Assembly: GCA_051453625.1 (NCBI GenBank)
Contig: JBOZIK010000001.1
Span: forward strand, 39,378,422-39,420,152
Reading direction: 5' to 3'
Origin: Welwitschia mirabilis
Taxonomy: Eukaryota
Length of the DNA stretch: 41,731 nt
The notes under the pieces were generated by a model. That model made no database searches, was not told the origin of the DNA, and saw nothing but the letters and a program-made list of their open reading frames with translations. Positions 1 through 11,722 of the stretch are shown piece after piece. Position numbers and translations under genes: made by a program. Each line of letters begins with the position of its first letter. Position 1 is the stretch's first letter.

Positions 1-1980
1 TTATGGCATGGTAAAAAACCAAATGTAAACTACTTTAAAGTTTTTGGAAGTAGATGTTCTATTCTCAAGGACAAAACGCACATAGAAAAATTTGAATTAA
101 AATCAGATGAGGGTATCTTTCTCGGTTATTCCATTTCAAGTAAAGCATATAGAGTTTCAATAAATCCTCTCATAAAGTTGAGGAAATAGTTCATATTAAG
201 TTCGATGAATCTAACACAAGTATTGCAGCAAAAGAAAGAAGTGATGACAACATGAACATTCCTTCCACATCACAAGTTAGCACCAGATCCTCTATGCCCT
301 TACAAATCGAAGCCTCTCAAGACAAAGAGTCTCAAAGGTGCTCCTCTCTTCCTATGAGAACCAAACGGGACCATCTTAAAGACGCCATCTTAAGTAATCC
401 TTCAGAGGGAACTACTACAAGAAGCAGTAAGCATGTTAGCTATAGTTTCCTTTGTTTTTTATCTAACATTGAACTAAGAACATTTTAGGAAGCAGAAAAC
501 GACGAAGCATGGATGCTAGCCATGCAAAGAGAGATCAACCAATTTGAACGAAACAAAGTTTGGAATCTAGTGCCTCCACCAAAAGGGAAGCATGTCATCA
601 GAACAAAATAGGTGTTAAAAAACAAAAAAGATGAAAATCACAACATCATCCAAAACAAAGCAAGACCGGTGGCTCAAGGTTATTGCGAACAAGAAGGGAT
701 TGACCATGGTGAGACATTTGCTTCAGTTACCTTGTTAGAAACTATTTGCATTTTACTTGCCTTTGTGTGCTTTTACTAAATAAAATTATTTCAAATGGAT
801 GTTAAGAGTGCCTTTTTAAATGGATTTATAAATGAGGAAGTCTATGTTGCCCAACCTCTAGGATTCGTTGATCCAAAATTTCCAAATCATGTCTACAAAT
901 TGAATAAAGCCTTGTATGGATTGAAACAAACTCCTAGAGCATGGTTCGATAGATTAAACTTATTTATCTTAGATAATGGTTTTAGAAAGGGTAATGTTGA
1001 TCCGACTTTCTTCATCAAAGGGACAAAGAAAATATTCTTATTGCTCAAATTTATGTTGGTGATATCATTTTTGGATCCACTGAGAATTCTTTTACCTTGG
1101 AATTTGCTGATCTCATGAAAGATGAATTTGAAATGAGCTTAGTAGGAGGACTAAATTTCTTTTTAAGACTTCAAAGAAAACAAGGAAAGAACTAAATCTT
1201 CATTTGTCAATCTAAGTATGTTCATAATATTCTAGTTAAATACAACATGACAGAGTTAAAAGATACTAAAACTCCTATGTCAATGAGTACCAAAATAAGC
1301 AAAGATGAACTTGGAAATAAAGTTGATCAAAAACTTTAGCGAGGCCTTATAGGTAGCCTGCTTTATGTCACCGCTATTAGATCTAACATTGCCTATAGTG
1401 TAGGAGTTTGTGTAGGTATCAAACTAACCCTAGAGAATCTCACCGAACCCAAGTAAAAAGAATCCTGAGATATCTGAAGTCCACTCAAAACTTAGGTCTT
1501 TGGTGTGACTACAATATATTAGATCTAGTACAATAAAGGGATGTTGATTGGGTAAGATGTGCTAATGACAGGAAAAGCACCAGTGGTACTTGCTTCTATA
1601 TGGGAAATTGCTTAGTTCCATGGTTAAGTAGGAAGCAAACCACAACCTTTTTATCCACTACTGAAGCTAAATACATAGTTGCTAGAACCTGTTGTACTCA
1701 TCTCCTTTGGATGAAATAGATGATGATCGATTTTGATGTCAATCTTGACAAGATCAAAATTTTTTGTGATAACTCTAGCGTGATAAACATTACTAAGAAT
1801 TTAGTTCAGCATTCGAGAACCAAGCATATAGATATTAGACATCATTTCATTCGAGAACATATTCAAAATAACAACATTACTCTTGAATACATGTCAACTG
1901 ACAAATAAATTGTGAACATCATGACTAAGACTTTGAATAAGGATAAATTTGTATTTTTTAGAAATAAGCTTGGAATAGAG
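1..1980 (+). pseudogene. pol: Ty1/copia SIRE element A pol remnant (integrase C-terminus, reverse transcriptase, RNase H) with many stops and frameshifts
   Basis: Recognisable motifs: [87 protein letters not shown]. Confidence 0.95.
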
Positions 1981-2919
1981 TGTTAGGATCTAAAGGCACC
2001 CTAGAGGGGGGTGAATAGGGTATTTAAAAATATGTTACAATAGCAGAAATTTTAGATCTGAAAACAAATAGACATAAAATAGTACAGAGAAGTAAAGGGA
2101 AAGACAAGTGCACCAGATTTTTATAGTGGTTTGGCCAAGTGTACTCTACTCTCAGGGGGCAATAAATAGCTATTAGCCTCCTAATTCATTTATCTTTAAA
2201 GGTATCTTACAACAACTCTTTCACATAAAGTTCGTATGGCTTCTAGGCCACTACTCAAATCCTTGAACCACTTATAAATAGAATGAGAGAGAATGATTCC
2301 TGATACAATAGTGCCTAGGTTTGGCATTGTTCATTAGTGTTTAGGTGCCCAAAGAATAATCTTCTAATGAAAATTGATTGCTCAATGCAGTACAATAACT
2401 TTTAGAAAATGAAGCGAGTTTGGTACAGAAGAGTTCTAGTAATGCACAAAATAGTCCTTTTCAAAATAGTGCATACTTTACAATACAATAGAGAGGTATT
2501 TATGTAGAAGAGGAATAGCTAGGGTTTAGATCCTTGAAGTATGTGCCAGATGACCAAAAAAGAGCTATTGTAATGTTGAAATCCATAACTAATGTCTTTA
2601 AATGGCTATATTTCCATGCCAATGGATAAAAGGCTAGACGTCCCATCGAGGAAACTCGGACGTCTCGATTTTAATATGCTTTTATAAGAAAAACCAAATA
2701 TAGGGTCGGATGTCTTGATTTTATAGGCGGACGTCTTGGTACAAATTACCTTGAGTAGGTCTGGACATCCCAGTTTCACAATGTGGATGTCCCAGTATAG
2801 TCAGACTGAATACAGGCCTGGATGTCCCGGTTTTATAGGGCAAACGTCCTAATATAAAAACTGAGCACTTGTTTGGATGTCTGGAATTCATAGGGTGGAT
2901 GTCCTGAGCTGATGATGAC
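1981..2919 (-). repeat. Element B 3' LTR, alternate copy truncated by an N-gap
   Basis: Starts TGTTAGGATCTAAAGGCACCCTAGAGGGGGGTGAATAGG, the reverse complement of the SIRE C-rich LTR end. Colinear with 3523-4471. Confidence 0.9.
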
Positions 2920-3019
2920 NNNNNNNNNNNNNNNNNNNNNNNNNNNNNNNNNNNNNNNNNNNNNNNNNNNNNNNNNNNNNNNNNNNNNNNNNNNNNNNNN
3001 NNNNNNNNNNNNNNNNNNN

Positions 3020-3522
3020 CTCAAAACTTAGGTCTTTGGTATGACTATGATACTATATTATAGATCTAGTAGGATAAAGTGATGTTGATTGGGCAGGATG
3101 TGCTGATGATAGGAAAAGCACCAATGGTACTTGCTTCTATATGGGAAATTGCTTAGTTCCTTGGTCAAGTAGGAAGCAAACCACAACCTCTTTATCCACT
3201 GCTGAAGCTGAATACATAGTTGCTGAAGCCTGTTGTAGTCAGCTCCTTTGGATGAAATAGATGATGATCGATTTTGGTGTCAATCTTGACAAGATCAAAA
3301 TTTATTGTGATAACGCCAGCTTGATAAACATTACTAAGAATTTAGTTCAGCATTTGAGAACCAAGCATATAGATATTAGATACCATTTCATTCGAAAACA
3401 TGGTCAAAATAACAACGTTACTCTTGAATACATCTCAACTAACAAACAAATTGCGGACATCATGATCAAGATTTTGAATCAGGATAAATTTGTTTTTTTT
3501 TAGAAATAAGCTCGGAATAGGG
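3020..3522 (+). pseudogene. pol: Second copy of element A RNase H region (duplicate of 1484-1980)
   Basis: DWAGCADDRKST, SLSTAEAEYI, IYCDNAS, TKHIDIRYHFIR and QIADIM motifs. Colinear with 1484-1980 across a 100-N gap. Confidence 0.92.
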
Positions 3523-4525
3523 TGTTAGGGTCTGAAGGCACCCTAGGAGGGGGAGGGGGTGAATAGGGTATTTAAAAATATGTTACAATAGCAGAAATTT
3601 TAGATTTGAAAACAAATAGACATAAAATAGGACAGAGAAGTAAAGAAAACATAAAACAAGTGCACCAGATTTTTATAGTGGTTTGGCCAAGCGTACTCCA
3701 CTCTCAGGGGGTAGTAAATAGCTATTAGCCTTATAATTCCTTTATCTCTAAAGGGATCTTACAACAACTCTTTCACACAGAGTTCATACGGCTTCCAGGC
3801 CACTGTTCAAATCCTTGAGCCACTTATAAATAGAATGAGAGAGAATGATTCCTAATACAATAGTGCTTAGGTTTAGCATTGTTCATTAGTGTTTAAGTGC
3901 CCAAAGAATAATCTTCTAATGAAGATCGATTGCTTAATGCAGTACAATAGCTTTTAGAAAATGAAGCGAGTTTGATATAGAAGAGTTCTAGTAATGCACA
4001 AAATATTCCTTTTCAAAATCGTGCATACTTTACAATACCATAGAGAGGTATTTATGTAGAAGAGGAATAGCTAGGGTTTAGATCCTTGAAGTATGTGCTA
4101 GACGACCAAAAAGAGCCATTGTAATGTTGAAATCCACAGCTAATGTCTTTAAACGGCTATATTTCCGCACTAACGGATAAAAGGCTTGACGTCCCATCGA
4201 GGGGAGTCGGACGTCCCGATTTTAATCTGCTTTTACAAGAAAACCAAATATAGGGCCAGATGTCTTGATTTTATAGGGCAGACGTCTTGGTACAAATTAT
4301 CGTGGGCAGGTCTGGACGTCCCGGTTTCACCATGTGGATGTCCTAGTATAGTCAGACCGAATACAGGTTTGGACGTCCCGGTTTCACAGGGCAGACGTCC
4401 CAACATTAAAAAACAAGCACTTGTTTGGATGTCCCGATTTCATAGGGTGGATGTCTTGAGCCGATGAAGACTTATTTTCAGACTCACGAGTTTGATTCTC
4501 ATCATTGAAAATGCATGTTCCAACA
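3523..4525 (-). repeat. Element B 3' LTR (1003 bp)
   Basis: TG...CA termini. Preceded on the minus strand by the PPT GAAAAAGGGGAGAT. Homologous to 9126-10120. Confidence 0.93.
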
Positions 4526-4539
4526 ATCTCCCCTTTTTC
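4526..4539 (-). promoter_or_regulatory. Polypurine tract of element B
   Basis: Minus strand reads GAAAAAGGGGAGAT|TGTTGG. Further PPT-like purine tracts lie upstream (~4670-4780), the Sirevirus multiple-PPT signature. Confidence 0.88.
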
Positions 4540-4940
4540 AATGATGACAAACTTGCATGAGCGGTTGAATTCAGAAATTCCAAGAGATGAATAATGTTTG
4601 CCAAAAAACTCTTGAAAAGTAACTCTTCCCCATAATCAGACAAGTATCCTTTGTGTTTTATTGGATTTGAGCTCTCCCCCATAATTGGATGGGTATCTAT
4701 TGTGCTGAATAGATAATCTAGATATTTCATTTGTTAGCAAAAATACAAAAAATAATCTCATATTTTCTACCCCTTTGTCATTAATGAAAAGAAACATTAA
4801 AAAGTAAATAGACATAGGGAAATTAATAGAAAGTGTTTTGTATTATTATAAGATGATTACAAAAGTTGAGAGTTTTGAGAGTACAAAAAGAGAGAAGAAT
4901 GATAGTATAAGCATGTGAGGAAGAATAAGAGAAGAGGGTG

Positions 4941-5878
4941 CTAATCAGAATGAGAAGGAGGAGATGTTGTAGCTGGCTGTTCCCATGGTGCCTCCTTTTC
5001 TTCTGGATTCACAGGAATATCTAGACCATAAGCTAATAATCCAAATAAAACGCTGTCTATCTTCCTGTTCAATTTGTCTGTTGTAGCCCTGGTAAAGTCT
5101 CTGACCTCATGAATGGTTTGAAGCAGATCTACATTAGAGACGGTACCTGAGCTAGTCCCTTCTTTAGTTCTCTGTTTCTTTTTCGGTGGAGGAGCAGGTC
5201 CGATGGTTTCAGAAAAGATATTCATTTTCTTTAACAAATATAATCTTATTGGTGTAGGAACCTTAACAAGCTCCTCAACTTTCTGAATGGAGAACTGATG
5301 ATTTTCTAATATAGCTGTGATGAGACCCCCAAAGGGAAGACTAGAGTAGCTGACAATAAAGAACTGACAGATATAGAACATAATAAATTTACATAAGTTG
5401 ATTCTAACGCCGGTTCCCAGACAAAATAAAATGTATGCACAAAGTGGGGAAACTTCATCGTTGTGCCCTATTTTTGGAATAAGATTGTGTGTGGAAATCT
5501 GAAATAGAACTCTGTAAAATGGTTTAAGCTTATTTGTAGGAAGGTTAGCTCTCCAATGAACTTTCTCTCCATAGAGTTTAGTAGTCAAAACATCTTTGAA
5601 ACAACTTCTTGTAATGAACTGACGGAAGTAATTTCTTGAAAAATTCCTTCATTTGGATAACTAGGAGCTAGAGAAATTGCTTCTAAGTCGACTTCTGCTT
5701 CTCTACCATAAATTCTAGTGCGGATAGTCCAAGTAGAAGAGTTAGAATGAGCATTGCAATAAAAAAGTCATACCATTCGTGCTGAAGCTCGTGTGTTAGG
5801 GTCCAAAGCATTCAACCACCCTTGTTCTTCAAATTTGTGCACTATTCTCATTTCCTTTCTGAAGGAATCATAATCTAT
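4941..5878 (-). pseudogene. Sirevirus post-pol extra ('env-like') ORF, partial copy
   Basis: 215-aa open stretch includes THNLIPKIGH, RINLCKFI, LPFGGLITAILE and PPPKKKQRT. It lies between pol and the 3' LTR. Confidence 0.85.
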
Positions 5879-5978
5879 NNNNNNNNNNNNNNNNNNNNNN
5901 NNNNNNNNNNNNNNNNNNNNNNNNNNNNNNNNNNNNNNNNNNNNNNNNNNNNNNNNNNNNNNNNNNNNNNNNNNNNNN

Positions 5979-6061
5979 TGAGCCGATGAAGACTTATTTT
6001 CAGACTCACGAGTTTGATTCTCATCATTGAAAATGCATGTTCCAACAATCTCCCCCTTTTC
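5979..6061 (-). repeat. Duplicate start of the B 3' LTR (to 6047) plus PPT, truncated by a gap
   Basis: Near-identical to 4457-4539. Confidence 0.85.
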
Positions 6062-6463
6062 AATGATGACAAACTTGCATGAGCGGTTGAATTTAGAAAT
6101 TCTAGGAGATGAAGAATGTTTGCCAAAAGACTTCTGAAAAGTAACTCCCCCCCATAATCAGACAAGTATTTTTTGTGTTTTATTGGATTTGATCTCTCCC
6201 CCATAATTGGATGGGTATGTACATGTGCTGAATAGATAATCTAGATGTTTCATTTGTTAGCAAAAATACAAAAAATAATCTCATATTTTCTTCCCCTTTG
6301 TCATCAATGAAAAGAAACATTAAAAAGTAAATAGACATAAGGAAATTGATAGAAAGTGTTTTGTACTATCATAAGATGATTACAAAAGTTGAGAGTTTTG
6401 AGAGTACAAAATGAGAGAAGAAACATAGTATAAACATGTAAGGAAGAATAAGAGAAGAGGGTG

Positions 6464-7532
6464 CTAATTAGAATGAGAAGAAGAAGATGCTGTAGCTAGC
6501 TATTCCATGGTGCCTCCTTTTCTTCTGAATTCACAAGAATATCTAGATCATAAGCTGATAATCCAAATAAAATGCTATCTATCTTCCTGTTCAATTAGTC
6601 TGTTGTAGCCATGGTAAAGTCTCTGACCTCATGAATTGCTTGAAGTAGATCTACATTAGAGACGGTACCTAAGCTAGTCCCTTCTTCAGTTCTCTGTTTC
6701 TTTTTCGGTGGAGGAGCAGGTCTAATAGTTTCAGAAAAGATATTCATTTTCTTTAATAAATGTAATCTCAGTGGTTTAGGAACCTTAACAAGCTCCTCAT
6801 CTTTTTGAAAGAAGAACTGATGATTTTCCAATATAGCTGTGATGAGACCACCAAAGGGAAGACTAGAGTAGCTGGCAATAAAGAACTAACTGATATACAG
6901 TAAATTTACATAAGTTGATTCTAACGTCGGTTCCCAGATAAAATAAAATGTATGCACAAAGTGGGAAAACTTCATCTTTATGCCCTAGCTTTGGAACAAG
7001 ATTGTGTGCGGAAATCTGAAATAGACCTCTGTAAAATGGTTTAAGCTTATTTGTAGGAAGGTTAGCTCTCCAATGAACATTCTCTCTATAGAGTTTAGTA
7101 GTTAAAACATCTTTTGAAACAACTTCTTGTAATGAACTGACATAATTAATTTCTTGAAAAAATCCTTCATTTAGATAACTGGTAACTAGAGAAATTGCTT
7201 CTAAGTCAACTTCTACTTCTCTACCATAAATTCTAGTGTGAATAGTCCAAGTAGAAGAGTCAAAACGAGCATTGCAAAAAAAAAGGTCATACCATTTATG
7301 CTAAATCTCATGTGTTAGGGTCCAAAGCAATCAACTACCCTTGTTCTTCAAATTTGTGCACTATTATCATTTCCTTTCTGAAGGACTCATAATCTATCTT
7401 CCGTTCAGGAGCAATGGGTCTCTTGTTTAGTCCTCCAAACCAAGCTTTTTTGTATTCTGCAGAAATGAACCATTCTTCTTCAGAGGTTGGCTTCTTTATT
7501 TTCCTAGAGACACCAATCTTAGTTCTCACCAT
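6464..7532 (-). pseudogene. Sirevirus extra ('env-like') ORF of element B, full span (~355 codons), disrupted
   Basis: ATG at 7532 gives MVRTKIGVSRKIKKPTSEEEWF...RPIAPERKIDYESF...LPFGGLITAILE...PPPKKKQRT. Stop at 6464-6466. Internal stops and frameshifts present. Confidence 0.85.
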
Positions 7533-7689
7533 TGCAAAAGCAGAGTAGATCCTAGATAGCAAAGAAGACAAGAGGGAATGAAGATGAAGGAAGGAGGAAG
7601 TGGAGGAAAGGAGAAATGAAATGAAAGAAAGAAGAAAAGGTTTAAATAAAACCTGGTGAGAGCGTGGGCGTTCGCACCGACTTAAGCTC

Positions 7690-7830
7690 GGACGTCCGAG
7701 AAAAAATTATGAGACACCTGAGTTGTAAAAAAATTAAAACCCTTTTAAAAAGATGGATATCTAAGTATTCAATACAGGATGTCCGAGTTGTAATCTAGAT
7801 GGACGTCCAGGGCAAAAATGATGGGACATT
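7690..7830. repeat. Paired GACGTC-type palindromes in the pol-to-extra-ORF spacer of B
   Basis: Cores at 7691/7713, 7756/7778 and 7802/7825. Confidence 0.7.
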
Positions 7831-7977
7831 CAGGCAAGAAATTAACAGAGTTACACAAGTTTGACGAATAAAGATTCTAAGAAAACACAAGTTTAAGGAC
7901 AAATGGAGGACTACTTCCCAGATAATAACAAATTTAGAAGCGTAAGATATCATAAAAATAACTCATACCTGAGAGGG

Positions 7978-8349
7978 CTAAGCACCTATTCCTAAATTTT
8001 TCTTTAGGTAGATAAAGCACTCTTCATTGAGAGCCTTAGTCAATGTATCTGCAATTTAGTGATTAGTATCAATATATTCTAATTCAGCAATGTCATTTTG
8101 TACCCTATCTCTAATAACATGGTGTCTGATATCAATGTGTTTTGTGCGAGAGTGTTGAACCAGATTCTTTGTAATACTTATGGCACTTGTATTATTGCAA
8201 TATATTTTGATTGTTGGAATCTTTACTACAAAATCAACTAGCATTTGTTTCATCCAAGTAAGTTGGGCACAACAAGCTCCAGCAGTAATGTATTCAGCCT
8301 CTGCTATAGATAGGGATGTTGTGTTTTGCTTCTTGCTTAACCAAGATAT
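7978..8349 (-). pseudogene. pol: Element B RNase H
   Basis: SWLSKKQNTTSLSIAEAEYITAGACCAQL, IYCNNTSAISITKN and QHSRTKHIDIRHH motifs. Confidence 0.93.
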
Positions 8350-8449
8350 NNNNNNNNNNNNNNNNNNNNNNNNNNNNNNNNNNNNNNNNNNNNNNNNNNN
8401 NNNNNNNNNNNNNNNNNNNNNNNNNNNNNNNNNNNNNNNNNNNNNNNNN

Positions 8450-9058
8450 CAACTCCCATTTTGTCGATACCCTTACTTTCTTCTATGGCTGTGATCTTGG
8501 ATCTGAACTCAGTGGTTAGACTCCTCAGAATCTTCCTTACTACTCTATTTGTTGGAACCTTCACCTAATGCCCACATGCTATTCACAATGTTACTGATTT
8601 TCGTGGTATACTCCACCACGGATTCCCATTCTTCTATTTTGATGTTCTCGAATTTTGTGGCTAAGAGTTGTAGCTTTGAATTTTTGATGATATTGGTTCC
8701 TTCATAAGCTACTCTTAGAGTGTCCCACATATCTTTAGTAGTCATACACTAAACTAGTCTGTCATACTCTTCAGTGGATAGGGCACAAATGATTATCATT
8801 ACTTGGTCATTCATTTGAGAAATTTTTTTATCATTTGCATCCCACCTGTCTCTGGGGTTTTGGCATTTCTTTTCTGTCTATATCAGTTTTAGTCGGAGGA
8901 TTGTAGCCATACTCTACTACATCCTAAATATCTGGATTTAGAGAGGTTAAGAAGATGCTCATCTTGGATCTCTAGTGAGCATAATTACTACCATTAAAGA
9001 AATGAGGTTTAAAAACTACGTGACCTTTTGGATGCCTTGAAAAGTTACAAGATGCCAT
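8450..9058 (-). pseudogene. gag: Element B gag N-terminal part
   Basis: FFNGSNYAH*RSKMSIFL, KDMWDTLRVAYEGT and VVRKILRSL...FRSKITAIEE motifs, downstream of the PBS. Confidence 0.9.
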
Positions 9059-9111
9059 TGAAACTGATCCTGCACTAAAATAGAAGTTATGTGTAGATCT
9101 AGAATAACCAG

Positions 9112-9123
9112 GTTCTGATACCA
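9112..9123 (-). promoter_or_regulatory. Primer binding site (tRNA-iMet) of B
   Basis: Minus strand TGGTATCAGAAC lies 2 nt from the LTR end. Confidence 0.9.
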
Positions 9124-9125
9124 AT

Positions 9126-10120
9126 TGTTGGGATATGAAGGCACCCTAGGGGGGTGAACAAGGTATTTAAAAATATGTTGCAATGACAGAAATTTTAGAT
9201 CTGAAAACAAATGGACATAAAATAGTACAAAGAAGTAAAGAGAACATAAGACAAGTGCATTAGATTTTTATAGTGGTTTAACTAAGCCTATTCCATTCTT
9301 AGAGGGCAGCAAATAGCTATCAACCTCTTGGTTCCTTTATCTCTAAAGGGATCTTACAACAACTCCTTCACAAGGAGTTCGTATGGCTTCTAGACCAGTA
9401 CTCAAATCCTTGAGCCACTTACAAATACAATAAGAGAGAATGATTCTTGACATGATCGTGCCTAGGTCTAGCACTGTTTATCAGCATTTAGGTGCCCAAA
9501 GAATAATCTTCTGATAAAGATCGATTGCTCAATACAGTAGAATAGCTTTTAGAAAATGAAGCGAGTTTGGTACAAAAGAGTTCTAGTAATGCACAAAATA
9601 TCCCTTTTCAAAATAGTCCATACTTTATAATACAATAGAGAGGTATTTATCTAGAAGAGGAATAGCTAGGGTTTAGATCCTTGAAGGATGTGCCAGATGA
9701 CCAAAAGAGGGCTATTGTAATGTTGAAATCCATAGCTAATGTCTTTAAACGACTATATTGTTATGCTAATAGATAAAAGAAGGAACACCCTATCAAAGGG
9801 GTTCAGATGTCTAGGTTTTAATCTACTCTTATAAAAAAACTGAAAACACGGTCGGACATCCTGATTTTATAGGGTGGACACCCAGTTCAAATTATCGTGA
9901 GTAGGTCCGAACGTGCCAGTTTCACAGTGTGGACATCCCAGTACAGTTAGACTGAATACAGATCTGGATGTCCCGGTTTCACAAGGTGGATGTCCCAATA
10001 TAAAGAACTGAGCAGTTGTTTGGATGTCCCAATTTCATAGGGCGAACATCCCAAGCTAATGAAGACTTATTTTCAGACTTGCGAGTTTAATTCTCATCAT
10101 TGAAAACACATGTTCCAAAA
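9126..10120 (-). repeat. Element B 5' LTR (995 bp)
   Basis: Colinear with 3523-4525 but visibly diverged. Outer end is mutated (TTCCAAAA) and followed by the TSD TAGGG. Confidence 0.92.
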
Positions 10121-10669
10121 TAGGGATCAATTCACTTTCAGTATAAAATGCTCAAAATTTGCCTACATTTGTCATCATCAAAGGCATTTCTGGTACGATG
10201 CGTATGTGGGATTCTAATTCATGCCTTTATTCAACATCTTCCATTTGAGAATTAAGCCTAACTTCTACTAAAATTCATACGTCCTAGTCCTGGAATTGGA
10301 CATCCGACTAATTTCTCTTGGCAAACAAACTGAACTTTCCCCCAGACATCCCAACGATTTTTTTGGACATCCGACTGTAAATTTGTCTCAAATCTAACCT
10401 TAAGCCTGGATGTCCCGAATCATGCCACTGGATGTCCTGACCAAATATGCATTATAGTGGGTTGTTAAAGCTTGGACGTCCTAACCAAAAATGTCAACGT
10501 CTGGCCTTTAGCATGGATGCAAACTTGTGGATGCCCCCTCTTTTTTCTTCCATTTAAAAAGCTTTCCCTCTCCCTTCTTCCCTCATTTTGTCTTCTCCTT
10601 CTCAATCTTTAAGTCTAGTTTTCCTGTTTCCTTCATTCAATCCTTCCCTTTGGCTTTCCAAAGTCTATC

Positions 10670-11722
10670 ATGGTAAAATCTAAGTNNNNNNNNNNCAAAG
10701 AACTAGCTTTAGAAGCTGACTAGTTTCAATCCCCAAAACATAACAAGAATTGGTTGAGATGTTTTTCAAGGAGGCCAATAGCACCTAAGAGAATAATAGA
10801 TTATGCATCCTTCCGACATGAGCTCAGACTAGCACCCAAATTCGAAGAAAAAAGATGGATGTATGCTCTCAATTTTGACACAAAAGCTTCCGCCAAGACG
10901 GTACGTCTATTCTACTACAATGGTGTTTTTGATGGAAATGAATGGAAACTCTCTAAGGTTTATGGGAGAATAGTAGAGATAGATTTAGCATCCATTTCTT
11001 TGATTAGTAGTTTTCCAAATGATGGCTTCTTTCATGAAATAAATTCAGTAAGTTCTCTTCAAGAAGTAGTGTCCAAAGAAGTTATCACAGAAGAACTATG
11101 TGGAAAACGAGTAATATGACATGCTAACATTCCTACAAATCAGTTGAAACCTTTCTATCGTGTCATTTTTCAAATTTCCACACATAATTTATTTCCTAAG
11201 CTAGGACACAAAGATGAAGTCTCGCCACTATGTGCTTACATCATGTTTTGTTTGGGAATCGGAGTCAAAATCAATCTCTGCAGATTTATTATGTATTACA
11301 TCATCCAATTTTTCATTAGTAGTTACTCAAGTCTGCCATTTGGAGGTTTAATCACCGCTATTTTAGAAAATCATCAGTTTATTATTCAAAAAGATGAAGA
11401 ACTAGTCAAAGAACCAAAACCTCTTGGTTTCTATTCGTTGAAAAAATGAACATTTTTTCTTATATCATTGGGTCTTCTCTTCTTCCAAAGAAGAAACAAC
11501 GTATACAAGGAAAGCTCTACCTCAGGACAGGTTTCAAATGAACTTCTCTTCAAAGCCATTTAGAGTCTTTAGTCTTCTATAGACAAACTGAATAAGAAAG
11601 TAGATCATGTGGTTTTCAGGTTATCTGCTTTGGGTCTTGAGATTACTCTAGACCTAGAAGAAGAAGAAGATGATGAAGGAAAGTCTGCGTCTTCTCCTCA
11701 TCATGGTAAATCCTCTAATTAG
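10670..11722 (+). pseudogene. Extra ('env-like') ORF of element A, a diverged homolog
   Basis: MVKSK..., RPIAPKRIIDYASF, THNLFPKLGHKDEVSPLCAY, LPFGGLITAILE and PKKKQR motifs, with stops. Confidence 0.85.

Larger units (their letters stand above)
3523..10120 (-). mobile_element. SIRE/Sirevirus LTR retrotransposon B, nested in the RNase H end of element A
   Basis: Two ~1 kb LTRs, PBS-Met, gag, RNase H, extra ORF and PPT. 5-bp TSD TAGGG at 3518-3522 and 10121-10125. Most of gag-pol presumably lies in the 8350-8449 gap. Confidence 0.93.

Noticed and set aside
4186-4467. Repetitive ORFs (LDVPVS...) here and at 25940-26155 and 27183-27446
   Set aside because: These are translations of the LTR palindrome arrays, not genes.
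4440-4730. 96-aa ORF across the multi-PPT/LTR junction, with similar ORFs at 5875-6204 and 25669-25938
   Set aside because: The reading frame over the PPT differs between B (LSSLKKGRLL) and C (FIIAKEEIV). The B copies are probably allelic, so this is likely a chance ORF.
8350-8449. Apparent deletion of most of gag-pol in element B
   Set aside because: It coincides with a 100-N gap of unknown true size, so B cannot be called non-autonomous.
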